This document shows, one piece after another, positions 1 through 7,468 of a stretch of DNA of 22,234 bases; positions within the stretch are counted from its first letter, which is position 1, and the number at the start of each line of letters is the position of its first letter. Source of the stretch: Desulfomonilaceae bacterium. Its GTDB lineage: Bacteria; Desulfobacterota; Desulfomonilia; Desulfomonilales; Desulfomonilaceae. Made by a program: the position numbers and the translations under genes. The notes under the pieces were generated by a model. The model saw nothing but the letters and a program-made list of their open reading frames with translations, searched no databases and was not told the origin of the DNA. Where the stretch lies: assembly GCA_035319325.1 (NCBI GenBank), contig DATHCX010000113.1, positions 1 through 22,234 of the forward strand. Reading direction: 5' to 3'.

Positions 1-138
1 GTGAGAAAGTACCACAAGGAACTGGAAGAAGCGGGGATCGACACGGACAGGGTGTCTCCCATGGTGTTGCCCGATTACGGAAACCCTGAGGTCAGGAAAA
101 GACAGTGGACCACCACGTACGTGGGCACGATGCGCTAA
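1..138 (+). CDS. 3' end of an upstream gene (partial, 45 codons then TAA at 136-138); product unknown
   Basis: Frame 1 is open from the window edge to TAA at 136-138 (..KYHKELEEAGIDTDRVSPMVLPDYGNPEVRKRQWTTTYVGTMR*). I recognise no motif; too short to judge coding potential. Confidence 0.2.
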   Translation: MRKYHKELEEAGIDTDRVSPMVLPDYGNPEVRKRQWTTTYVGTMR

Positions 139-156
139 GACCATACAGTCAAACAC

Positions 157-696
157 ATGAAAACCCAGATCGAGAACAAAAGCCTACTGAGACGCATATG
201 GCAATATTTCCGGCATCTGCCCGACCAATCTCCCTATTGGAAGGACCAGGCCTTCGCATGGGGTATTGCGATCGTAGTGCTGATCGCGGGTGGCGTGCTC
301 TTCGCCATCCTTGCGCTTTCCAGTGTGTTCGGAGGCGGAAGCATCGCTTATCGGGCTCCGGGCTCACCCGGTCCCGTGGTTTTCCGGCACTATACTCATA
401 TGACATTTCAGGGCGGCAAGTACAAGGAATGCAAAACCTGCCATGAAGGGCTGTTTGCAAGCCAGAAATTCGGTACGTACGTGATTCGGGTCCTCGGCGA
501 CTCACCCCCGAAGAAAGTGCATATCGGACGGGATGCATCCATGCTGTACGTTCCCGAAGTTCAGGCCGCCGATGAGGCAAGCCTCGTGACCTATGAAGTG
601 CCTCGGGCATGCGCTACCTGCGCGACGGGAAACTGCCACGACGGTAAAGAATCGTTCAGCCGGCTCGAATGCCTGAGCTGTCACAGCAGGAAATAA
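157..696 (+). CDS. Membrane-anchored multiheme (probably triheme) cytochrome c of the c3/c7 type
   Basis: 179 aa with one N-terminal TM helix (WGIAIVVLIAGGVLFAILAL). Heme-binding motifs CKTCH and CLSCH (CxxCH) plus CATGNCH (Cx4CH, the variant typical of cytochrome c3 hemes). A conserved His lies upstream (FRHYTHMTF). First gene of the oxidoreductase cluster. Confidence 0.7.
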   Translation: MKTQIENKSLLRRIWQYFRHLPDQSPYWKDQAFAWGIAIVVLIAGGVLFAILALSSVFGGGSIAYRAPGSPGPVVFRHYTHMTFQGGKYKECKTCHEGLFASQKFGTYVIRVLGDSPPKKVHIGRDASMLYVPEVQAADEASLVTYEVPRACATCATGNCHDGKESFSRLECLSCHSRK

Positions 697-815
697 CATC
701 CCGGAGAAGCGGTCCGCCGAGAAAACGGTCCGGGTAAGCACACGAACGTTCCCGATCCGTCAGATTTGACCCTCTCGTTCTCGGTGACGAGGGGTATTGA
801 AAGCGATTCTTTTCC

Positions 816-1541
816 ATGAGCATGAATGTGGAACAAAAAAACGGCGTGATTCAGTCCGACGGCAACGGCCCCAAGCGGCGAAAACGCTGGGCCATGCTCG
901 TAGATCAGCGCCGGTGCATCGGCTGCCATAGCTGCTCCGTTGCCTGCAAGAGCGAGAATAATGTCCCGCTGGGATACTGGCGCTCGTGGGTCAAAGGGAT
1001 TCAAAAAGGCGGTTATCCCAACGCGAGTAATCTGTTTCTACGACGTCTGTGCAATCATTGCGACACTCCGCCGTGCACCCAGGTATGCCCAGTTCAGGCC
1101 ACTGTGCGCCGGGATGAGGACGGCGTGGTGGTGATGTACTACGGCAAATGCATAGGCTGCGGAATGTGCATTGCCGCATGTCCTTACGACGCCCGGTTCT
1201 TCAACCCCATCCGCCACACTGCCGACAAGTGCGATTTCTGCGCGACGCGCATTGACAACGGCCTGCAGCCCGCGTGTGTCGAGGCATGCATTTCCCGGGC
1301 ACTGGTTTTCGGGGATATGGACGATCCTGATTCCGAAATTTCCAAGAGGCTTGCCTTGGTGGCTACGAGCGTCATCAAGCCCGAGTTGGGCACGTTTCCC
1401 AAAGTTTTCTATATTCAGGCGGATCACTCGTTGAAGGGCAGGATACAGTATTCCGACGATTTCAAAGAAGAGATCCTCGAATATCACAAGCATGTCCCGA
1501 GCCCGGACGCCTCGTATTGGAAAAAAGGGGAAAAAAGCTAG
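816..1541 (+). CDS. Four-cluster [4Fe-4S] ferredoxin-type electron-transfer subunit of a CISM complex (PsrB/NrfC/HybA/DmsB family)
   Basis: Four ferredoxin Cys motifs: CIGCHSCSVAC, CNHCDTPPCTQVCP, CIGCGMCIAACP, CDFCATRIDNGLQPACVEAC. No signal peptide of its own, as expected for a subunit co-exported with the Tat catalytic subunit. Stop TAG 1539-1541 abuts the next ATG at 1542, suggesting translational coupling. Confidence 0.85.
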   Translation: MSMNVEQKNGVIQSDGNGPKRRKRWAMLVDQRRCIGCHSCSVACKSENNVPLGYWRSWVKGIQKGGYPNASNLFLRRLCNHCDTPPCTQVCPVQATVRRDEDGVVVMYYGKCIGCGMCIAACPYDARFFNPIRHTADKCDFCATRIDNGLQPACVEACISRALVFGDMDDPDSEISKRLALVATSVIKPELGTFPKVFYIQADHSLKGRIQYSDDFKEEILEYHKHVPSPDASYWKKGEKS

Positions 1542-2432
1542 ATGGAAGCTGCCGTTCTGTACAACGTTCCTCACGAGGTCCCCTGGAAGGTCTTTATCCC
1601 GCTCTATTTCTATTTTACAGGCTTGTCCGCGGGTTCATTCATTCTTTCGACTCTGTCCACGGTTTTCGGAATCAAACGGTTCAAGCCTATGGCCCTTCCC
1701 GCGGCGATCATTTCCTTTGCGCTGCTTCTGCTTGCCCCCGCGTGCCTGATACTCGATCTGCATCAGCCCACACGGTTTTGGCATACGCTTGTGCCCGAGT
1801 ATTTCAACAGGACCTCGGCCCTGTCGTACGGCTCCTGGCTTCTGACGCTCTATCCCATAGCAAACCTCGTTTACATCTACTTCATCTTCGTGAAAAGCGA
1901 TCGGGTCACGAAAATACTGGGGATGATCACCGTGCCTTTGGCGATTTTCGTCCATGCGTACACGGGATTCGCGTTTGCGTTGGTCAGGGCTCGGGCATGG
2001 TGGCACAGCGCACTCATGCCGGGTTATTTCTTGACCTCCGCCTTGCTTTCCGGAATAGCGCTCCTGTTTGTGGTGGCCATGATCATGGACCGCTACGTGA
2101 AGGACAAATTGGACCCGGACCTGTTCAAGAGCTTGAGGCTCATGATGATTGGAATACTCCTCACCGATCTGTTCTGGAACGGTTCATTCTGGCTGACTCT
2201 TCTGGTTTCCAATGCAGACGGGTACGTATCGATCCTCTACGCATTGCACGAAAAGTTGTACGTGTGGGGCGAACTTGCGGCAGGCATGCTGGTTCCTCTC
2301 GTCATTCTGGTGCTCCCGTGGACCCGGGAAAAACGGAGCTGGCTGGTTGCTGCCTCGCTGCTCATCATAGGCGGCGTTTTTCTCATGAGGTATTCAGTCG
2401 TATTCATCGGCTTCGACATTCCGTTGAGCTGA
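1542..2432 (+). CDS. NrfD/PsrC-family integral membrane quinone-interacting subunit (about 8 TM helices)
   Basis: 296 aa and very hydrophobic with repeated TM segments. N-terminus (VPWKVFIPLYFYFTGLSAGSF) is typical of the NrfD/PsrC family. The ATG overlaps the FeS-subunit stop. Track ORF 1517-2440 in another frame is low-complexity and rejected. Confidence 0.85.
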   Translation: MEAAVLYNVPHEVPWKVFIPLYFYFTGLSAGSFILSTLSTVFGIKRFKPMALPAAIISFALLLLAPACLILDLHQPTRFWHTLVPEYFNRTSALSYGSWLLTLYPIANLVYIYFIFVKSDRVTKILGMITVPLAIFVHAYTGFAFALVRARAWWHSALMPGYFLTSALLSGIALLFVVAMIMDRYVKDKLDPDLFKSLRLMMIGILLTDLFWNGSFWLTLLVSNADGYVSILYALHEKLYVWGELAAGMLVPLVILVLPWTREKRSWLVAASLLIIGGVFLMRYSVVFIGFDIPLS

Positions 2433-2454
2433 GACGATAAGTTTTGAGCAAACT

Positions 2455-4734
2455 ATGACGCACATAACCCGACGAGAATTTTTGAGACTTGCAAGCATCA
2501 TGGGAGGAGCCTCCCTGTTCGCAGGGTGCAGTCTCCTGGGAGAGAATACGCCTGTCCCGGAATACATAGCGGGCGCTCCTGCAGCAGACCCCGTGGAGAC
2601 GCTGGCGGGTGTGAAAACCATGTATTCGGTGTGCGGGCTTTGCCCGGGGAACTGCGGAATCGGTTGTAGAGTGGGGCAGGGCATCCTAGTGAAAATAGGA
2701 GGAAACCCGTATCATCCCGTGTCCATGAATCCTCCCCTGTCCTGGGATACTCCGCTCGAAAAAGCGCTTCTGCGGAGCGCACCGGTGTGTGCCGTGGGCG
2801 GGAGCGGTATCCAGACGTTGTATGATCCCTTCCGGATCGCTCGTCCCCTGAAGCGAGTAGGAGCAAGAGGATCGGGAAAATGGAGTGCCCTCACCTGGGA
2901 TCAGGCAATCATGGAAATAGTGGAAGGCGGGGACCTGTTCGGTGAGGGAACCATTCCCGGCCTGAAGAAGGTCAAAGACAGCGGATCCGGACTGACTCTC
3001 CTGACGGGCAGGGTGGACTGGGGATCAGACCTCTTTTTGAATCGATTCGCTTCTGCCTTCCCCGGTGCGATGCGGGTGTCGGACGGGGACAACTTGTCGG
3101 AAGAGCGGGCTATTGCTGCCGCGAACAGAGTATTCGGACCGGGTTCGACTCCTGTGGCTGCCGATTACGCCAGCGCCCGAGCGCTCATAAGTTTTGGAGA
3201 CGCTCCCCTGGATTCCGGCATACCGCTGGTTTCTACGGCGCGGGATATTGCAGACGCGCGGGTTGACGCGCATTGTCTGCAGTGGGCAGTCATAGATCCC
3301 CGGCTTTCCACGTCCGCATCCAAGTCCGACTTGTGGGTTCCCGTGATCCCGGGAAAAGATGTGGAGCTTGCGCTGGGAATCATGAGAGCCATTGCAGATC
3401 GATACCCGGCAATGCGAATTCCCGCTGAGTTCGAAAGGAGTGCCACAAGCAGGGCGGTCGAAGAATTCGCCGGGGCATGCGGGATTTCGCCGGCCGTAGT
3501 CGAGAAATTGGCCAACATGCTGGTGCAGGGAGGAAAGAAATCAGCCGTCATTCCGGGGAGAGGAATTTTTTCCGGTCCCAACGGCACACAAGCGGGTGCA
3601 ACGATACTTGCGTTGAACGCGATGGTGGGTTCCGTTCCCGGCTCGGGCGGTCTGTTCCGGAGAAGTGATGCCTTTCTCGCCCGGGCGCGAAAGACGATCT
3701 CCGCTGGATATGAATACCGGCCTCATTCCCATGGGGCCCCTGTCAAAGCAATGATTCTCTGGGAGACGGACATCGCGTACAGCGATTCCACCGTCGCATC
3801 GCTTTTGGGCAGTCCATCGGAACTTCCTCTGGTCGTTGCAATCGATCGAGGAATAACCGAGACAACAGCTCTGGCAGATTACATCCTGCCGGACACCACG
3901 TTTCTGGAAAGGTGGGACGTCTGCGTTCCTCCTGCTTCCGTAAGTGTGCCCGGCGTGGGCCTGCGCTCCCCCGTAGTAGGAACCGTTGACCCCATATCCG
4001 GAGTCTACTGTCCCATTCTTCCTGAAACCCGCATGATGGAAGACATTCTCATCGACATCGCCAAGAAACTGAATCTGTCCGGATTCGGAGAAACCTCACC
4101 ATCGAAGCCGTTAAATACCGCCGGTGACTACTATGGCATGGTGTTCTCTGCCGTGCTGGAAAGCATGAAAGAAGCCGGATTCCCTGTGTCTTCGCCGAGC
4201 GACACGTCAAAGATTCTGGAGCGGGGCGGGTTATTTTCTCCTCAAGTATCGTCATCCATGACAAAACCCGAGAACAACGCGGAACAGCTCCGCCACTGGC
4301 CGGTCAAGGCTCCTGAGACCGCGATCGATGCGGTCCCCAAGGACGACGAACTGCTCCTGATAACCTATGCGCTGCCGTTTCACCGGTCGCCGGAATCAGG
4401 GATAAATAGTTGGCTGCTTGAAATACTTCCGCACAATTCCCTCCTCATGAATAGCGCGGACGCAGGCAGGCTGAAGATTCGCCAGGGCGATGCAATCGTG
4501 ATCGAATCGGCGGACGGCAAGACCCGACTGCAGGGGAACGCACAGGTTCTTCCGGGAATCCGTCCAGGCGTTGTGGCTCTGGCGCGCGGTTTCGGTTATC
4601 GCCAGTCCGGAGCGATGCGACAGGTGATTGGAGGAACGTCGGTTCCCCCGGACAAGACCAGGGCAGCGGGAGTGAATGCCTCGGCTCTTACCACTGCCGG
4701 CAGTCACACCGTTGTGAGAGTGAAAAAAGCCTAG
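2455..4734 (+). CDS. Molybdopterin (bis-MGD) oxidoreductase-family catalytic subunit, Tat-exported; polysulfide/thiosulfate/tetrathionate-reductase- or QrcB-like
   Basis: 759 aa. Twin-arginine signal TRREFLRLASIMGGASLFAGC (RREFLR plus h-region; LFAGC is lipobox-like). N-terminal FS0-type Cys cluster CGLCPGNCGIGC followed by a later Cys (PVCAVGG). Characteristic MopB segment LYDPFRIARPLKRVGARGSGKWSALTWDQA. Size matches PsrA/PhsA-type subunits. Confidence 0.85.
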   Translation: MTHITRREFLRLASIMGGASLFAGCSLLGENTPVPEYIAGAPAADPVETLAGVKTMYSVCGLCPGNCGIGCRVGQGILVKIGGNPYHPVSMNPPLSWDTPLEKALLRSAPVCAVGGSGIQTLYDPFRIARPLKRVGARGSGKWSALTWDQAIMEIVEGGDLFGEGTIPGLKKVKDSGSGLTLLTGRVDWGSDLFLNRFASAFPGAMRVSDGDNLSEERAIAAANRVFGPGSTPVAADYASARALISFGDAPLDSGIPLVSTARDIADARVDAHCLQWAVIDPRLSTSASKSDLWVPVIPGKDVELALGIMRAIADRYPAMRIPAEFERSATSRAVEEFAGACGISPAVVEKLANMLVQGGKKSAVIPGRGIFSGPNGTQAGATILALNAMVGSVPGSGGLFRRSDAFLARARKTISAGYEYRPHSHGAPVKAMILWETDIAYSDSTVASLLGSPSELPLVVAIDRGITETTALADYILPDTTFLERWDVCVPPASVSVPGVGLRSPVVGTVDPISGVYCPILPETRMMEDILIDIAKKLNLSGFGETSPSKPLNTAGDYYGMVFSAVLESMKEAGFPVSSPSDTSKILERGGLFSPQVSSSMTKPENNAEQLRHWPVKAPETAIDAVPKDDELLLITYALPFHRSPESGINSWLLEILPHNSLLMNSADAGRLKIRQGDAIVIESADGKTRLQGNAQVLPGIRPGVVALARGFGYRQSGAMRQVIGGTSVPPDKTRAAGVNASALTTAGSHTVVRVKKA

Positions 4735-4815
4735 TGTGCTGTCCCACACGTAACTTACGTAACCGGCCATCTGGGGCTCTCCCGAAGTTTTCATCCAGCA
4801 CGCGAAGCCGGTTTT

Positions 4816-4900
4816 GTCACTGCGAGCGAAGCGAAGCAATCTCGCGTAGTTGCAGAATAAGAGCTGGAGATTGCTTCGTCGCGTGGCTCCTCGCAATGAC
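4816..4900. repeat. Inverted pair of a dispersed 30-35 bp repeat unit (REP/BIME-like); forward unit 4816-4848, reverse unit 4867-4900
   Basis: Unit termini GTCA(Y)TGCGAG ... GAAGCAATCTC with a variable 6-12 nt core. The reverse copy reads GAGATTGCTTCG..CTCCTCGCAATGAC. The two copies face each other across about 18 bp and can form a long imperfect hairpin. Confidence 0.8.
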
Positions 4901-4979
4901 ACTGATTCGCGTCCCGACCAAGTCGGTGATTTGAAAGCTATTTGCGGGACACAACACTAGAACGCGGAAGCGTCGGCCC

Positions 4980-5010
4980 GTCATTGCGAGCGTAGCGAAG
5001 CAATCTCGCG
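4980..5010 (+). repeat. Single forward copy of the same repeat unit (GTCATTGCGAGCGTAGCGAAGCAATCTCGCG)
   Basis: Near-identical to the 4816 copy; same conserved termini. Confidence 0.8.
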
Positions 5011-5165
5011 CTTATAGCAGTTGCCAAAAGAAATGTCCGATCCGTAGGTGCCCTATCAGGGGGCGGCCCTCACTCCGGACAACGCAAGGCCGTTAAACCT
5101 TCGTTCGACAGCCCTCTGACAGGGCGGCAGAAACGGTGAAAACTTTTGGCACTGGCTATAAGTAT

Positions 5166-5199
5166 CGAGATTGCTTCGTCGTTTCACTCCTGGCACTGG
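5166..5199 (-). repeat. Degenerate reverse-orientation copy of the repeat unit (CGAGATTGCTTCGTCGTTTCACTCCTGGCACTGG)
   Basis: Shares the CGAGATTGCTTCGTCG end, but the CTCCTCGCAATGAC end is replaced by CTCCTGGCACTGG. It is flanked by a direct 10-bp repeat TGGCACTGGC (5149-5158 and 5191-5200). Together with the 4980 copy it brackets about 155 bp. Confidence 0.55.
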
Positions 5200-5257
5200 C
5201 AGAGGATACACACGACCCCCGAGTAACTGACAGGTTACACGATAGCAAAGAATCTCG

Positions 5258-5287
5258 TTGACAGTTTTCTCGGAAAATTGTATAGCA
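5258..5287 (+). promoter_or_regulatory. Near-consensus sigma70-type promoter: TTGACA (5258-5263), 17 bp spacer, TATAGC (5281-5286)
   Basis: Perfect -35 hexamer, optimal 17-bp spacer, 4/6 match at -10, and A/T-rich downstream (ATATTAAAAAT). Sits about 30 bp upstream of SD AGGAA (5303-5307) and ATG 5316. Confidence 0.5.
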
Positions 5288-5315
5288 TATTAAAAATGCT
5301 ACAGGAATCTGACTC

Positions 5316-5546
5316 ATGAAAACGAAAATTGTCATTGGAATTTTGATTCTCTCCCTGAGTTTTCCAGCGGCTTCTCACGCGTTCGGACTCCTCAGATACC
5401 TGTTTGATGCCGTGGCAAACCAATTGGGTCTTGATCGAGGCCCGATTCCCAAGACGTTCCCAAAAGCGCCTCTGCCTCCCCCGGGACAGGCCGGTCCGGG
5501 ACATCCCGACTTAGGACGGGTCCACATTCAAGCGGAAGGATTCTAG
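5316..5546 (+). CDS. Small secreted protein (76 aa; Sec signal peptide, Pro/Gly-rich Cys-free mature part)
   Basis: MKTKIVIGILILSLSFPAASHA is a classic signal peptide with an AxA-like cleavage site (ASHA|FG). Good SD (AGGAA, 8 nt spacer) and a strong promoter immediately upstream. Mature part is about 54 aa: amphipathic N-terminus then PKTFPKAPLPPPGQAGPGHP. Isolated inside a repeat-rich non-coding island. Confidence 0.5.
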   Translation: MKTKIVIGILILSLSFPAASHAFGLLRYLFDAVANQLGLDRGPIPKTFPKAPLPPPGQAGPGHPDLGRVHIQAEGF

Positions 5547-5699
5547 GACCATACATTCCGAATGTCCCCCGCGGCCCGAACCTCACGCCCGAACCGGGTT
5601 ATGAGCTTTTCTCGCTTCTTGCACTGAATTTATTGCAGTTCCCGAAAATTCTGTCGGATTCGTTCACGACTCTCGCCCACATTCGAACGATCCAATCAT

Positions 5700-5780
5700 G
5701 TCATTGCGAAGAGTGGAACGACGAAGCAATCTCAGTGTCGGCCAGTTGGAGATTGCTTCGGGCCTTGCCCTCGCAATGAC
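5700..5780. repeat. Inverted pair of the repeat unit (forward 5700-5733, reverse 5749-5780)
   Basis: GTCATTGCGAAGAGTGGAACGACGAAGCAATCTC, then a 15-bp spacer, then GGAGATTGCTTCGGGCCTTGCCCTCGCAATGAC. Confidence 0.8.
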
Positions 5781-6056
5781 AATCTGTCCATCTGTTCGCG
5801 TAATCAAAACCGACCTTGCTTTTGAGAATCCCTTTAGTCTTGCCAACCGAAGAATGCCGGAAATCCACCCGTGAAGCTCTGCCATGACGGGTTGGTTCAT
5901 TTATATGACAGTATCGTTTGCACGTGCGACCTGACGAACCCGCCGATACACGAGCAGTCCCGGGTTGATTGGTTCCGTGCAGGCACCTTGCATATTTCTT
6001 TCGCTCGTGGAATAGTTGATTCGTATCTATGAACAGGATCGGGTTGGTGCGGGCGT

Positions 6057-6878
6057 ATGGACTCCGGTGATCTCGATGTAAAATACGCCGTGTTGCGGAA
6101 CATTTTGAAGAACTTGGACCGCGTCGTTGTGGCGTATTCGGGAGGAGTAGACAGCACCTTTCTCGTCTGGGTCGCTAAAGATGTGCTAGGAGACAGGGTT
6201 CTCGCTGCGACGGCTTTTTCGGCGACCGCAGCGATTCATGAGCGTGAAAACGCCCTGCAATTGGCCCGTAAATTGGGAGCCAAGCATATCGTCATCCATT
6301 CCGGTGAGATGGATCTGCCTGAATTCACGAAAAACCCGCCTGACAGATGTTACATATGCAAGAAACATCGATTCGGTATGTTGACCAATCTCGCCTCTGA
6401 ACAGGGGTACTCTTTTGTCCTGGACGGAGAAAACGCGGACGACGCGGGTGATTATCGTCCCGGCAGTTTGGCTTCCAGGGAATTGGGAGTTCGCAGCCCA
6501 TTGAAAGAAGCGGAATTGTCCAAAGAAGACATTCGACGCTTGTCCAAGAGATTCAATCTTCCCACATGGAACAAACCTTCTTACGCGTGCCTGGCCTCCC
6601 GGATCCCGTACCACAGGACTATTACCCCGGAAAATCTTGCTCAAGTGGATGCGGCAGAAGACTTCATCCGCAGTATGGTACCGGAAATTCAAATAAGGGT
6701 CAGACATCACGGAGATATAGCCCTGATCGAGGTGCAGCCCGATTTCATCGCCGATCTGGTTCATTCATACAGGCGAAAACGCATTGTGAAACGCTTCACA
6801 GAGCTGGGATTTTCCTTCGTCGCCGTAGATCTGGAAGGATACACCATGGGCAGTCTGAACCGTGCCTTGGATACGTGA
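6057..6878 (+). CDS. LarE-like PP-loop ATP pyrophosphatase (TIGR00268-type ATP-dependent sulfur transferase), probably the [4Fe-4S]-dependent subtype
   Basis: 273 aa. PP-loop SGGVDS at aa 28-33 (VVVAYSGGVDSTFL). Cys98-x2-Cys101 (DRCYICKKH) plus Cys178 (PSYACLASRIP). Cys178 sits at the position equivalent to the sacrificial Cys of Lactobacillus LarE. Length and motif order match LarE. Confidence 0.85.
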   Translation: MDSGDLDVKYAVLRNILKNLDRVVVAYSGGVDSTFLVWVAKDVLGDRVLAATAFSATAAIHERENALQLARKLGAKHIVIHSGEMDLPEFTKNPPDRCYICKKHRFGMLTNLASEQGYSFVLDGENADDAGDYRPGSLASRELGVRSPLKEAELSKEDIRRLSKRFNLPTWNKPSYACLASRIPYHRTITPENLAQVDAAEDFIRSMVPEIQIRVRHHGDIALIEVQPDFIADLVHSYRRKRIVKRFTELGFSFVAVDLEGYTMGSLNRALDT

Positions 6879-6962
6879 AAACAGGAATTTCTCGACCTGA
6901 TTTCTCTAGAGGGATTCTCAAGAGTACCGTCCATTTTGATTGGCCGAAGAGATTGGAAGACT

Positions 6963-7040
6963 GTCATTGCGAGGGCGAAGCCCGAAGCAATCTCGTTCGC
7001 CAAAGCGAGATTGCTTCGTCACTACGCTCCTCGCAATGAC
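6963..7040. repeat. Inverted pair of the repeat unit (forward 6963-6995, reverse 7006-7040) between the LarE-like and MoaD-like genes
   Basis: GTCATTGCGAGGGCGAAGCCCGAAGCAATCTCG, then a 10-bp spacer, then CGAGATTGCTTCGTCACTACGCTCCTCGCAATGAC. The pair can form a hairpin roughly 30 bp long. Confidence 0.85.
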
Positions 7041-7123
7041 CGGCTTCAACGTTGTACATGTAAGGGAAGGCTTATCAAGCCGACAATACTTTCGAGAAGT
7101 ACCGTAGAATCTCCGATGGGAAC

Positions 7124-7375
7124 GTGAAGTGTGACATGAAAATAGATCTCAACCTTTTCGCTTCTTTGGCACCACTGTTGCCGGCCGGGGCCACGGGACA
7201 TTCATGCATTCTCGAGATGTCGGGGGCAAAGACGGTTAGAGAATTGCTGAACGAATTGAACATTCCGGATGATATGCCCAAGATCGTCTTTTTGAACGGA
7301 CTACATGCTCACGGAGATGAAGTGCTCAAGGACGGAGATCGCCTGACCGTGTTTCCTCCCATCGCCGGCGGATAA
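7124..7375 (+). CDS. MoaD/ThiS-family ubiquitin-like sulfur-carrier protein (C-terminal Gly-Gly)
   Basis: About 80 aa ending ...RLTVFPPIAGG*. Small beta-grasp-sized protein, co-directional with and immediately downstream of the PP-loop ATPase. Start is either GTG 7124 or ATG 7136 (MKIDLNLF...). Confidence 0.7.
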   Translation: MKCDMKIDLNLFASLAPLLPAGATGHSCILEMSGAKTVRELLNELNIPDDMPKIVFLNGLHAHGDEVLKDGDRLTVFPPIAGG

Positions 7376-7468
7376 GTCTTCATACCGGATTCGGATTCAA
7401 ATAAGGAAGAATCGGGGACACTTCCTGTAGGTTCCTCCCCAATCTCACTGTGTGAAAGCGCATTCGTA

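Noticed and set aside
1517-2440. 307-aa ORF in a second frame over the NrfD-like gene
   Set aside because: The overlapping frame 1542-2432 encodes a regular polytopic membrane protein with NrfD-family N-terminus, while the alternative frame is Arg/His/Pro-rich low-complexity.
4748-4760. 13-bp palindrome ACGTAACTTACGT just after the molybdopterin subunit stop
   Set aside because: The 1-nt centre means it cannot form a stable terminator hairpin. It could be a protein-binding site, but there is no supporting context, so it is recorded only as a curiosity.
5800-6056. Looked for a tRNA or riboswitch in the long leader upstream of the LarE-like gene (GGTTCC-containing stretch around 5950-5975)
   Set aside because: No cloverleaf can be built: there is no acceptor/T-arm complementarity and no CCA context. 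No riboswitch consensus that I recognise is present either.
4816-7040. Considered whether the repeated GTCATTGCGAG...GAAGCAATCTC units form a CRISPR array
   Set aside because: Copies occur in both orientations as inverted pairs and the spacing is irregular (10 bp to more than 700 bp). Genes lie between clusters, and no cas genes are present. This fits REP/BIME- or MITE-like elements, not CRISPR.
7376-7468. Possible bidirectional terminator between the convergent MoaD-like and radical-SAM genes (GGGGAcacttcctgtaggttccTCCCC)
   Set aside because: Only a 5-bp stem with a 17-nt loop and no adjacent U-tract, so it is too weak to call.
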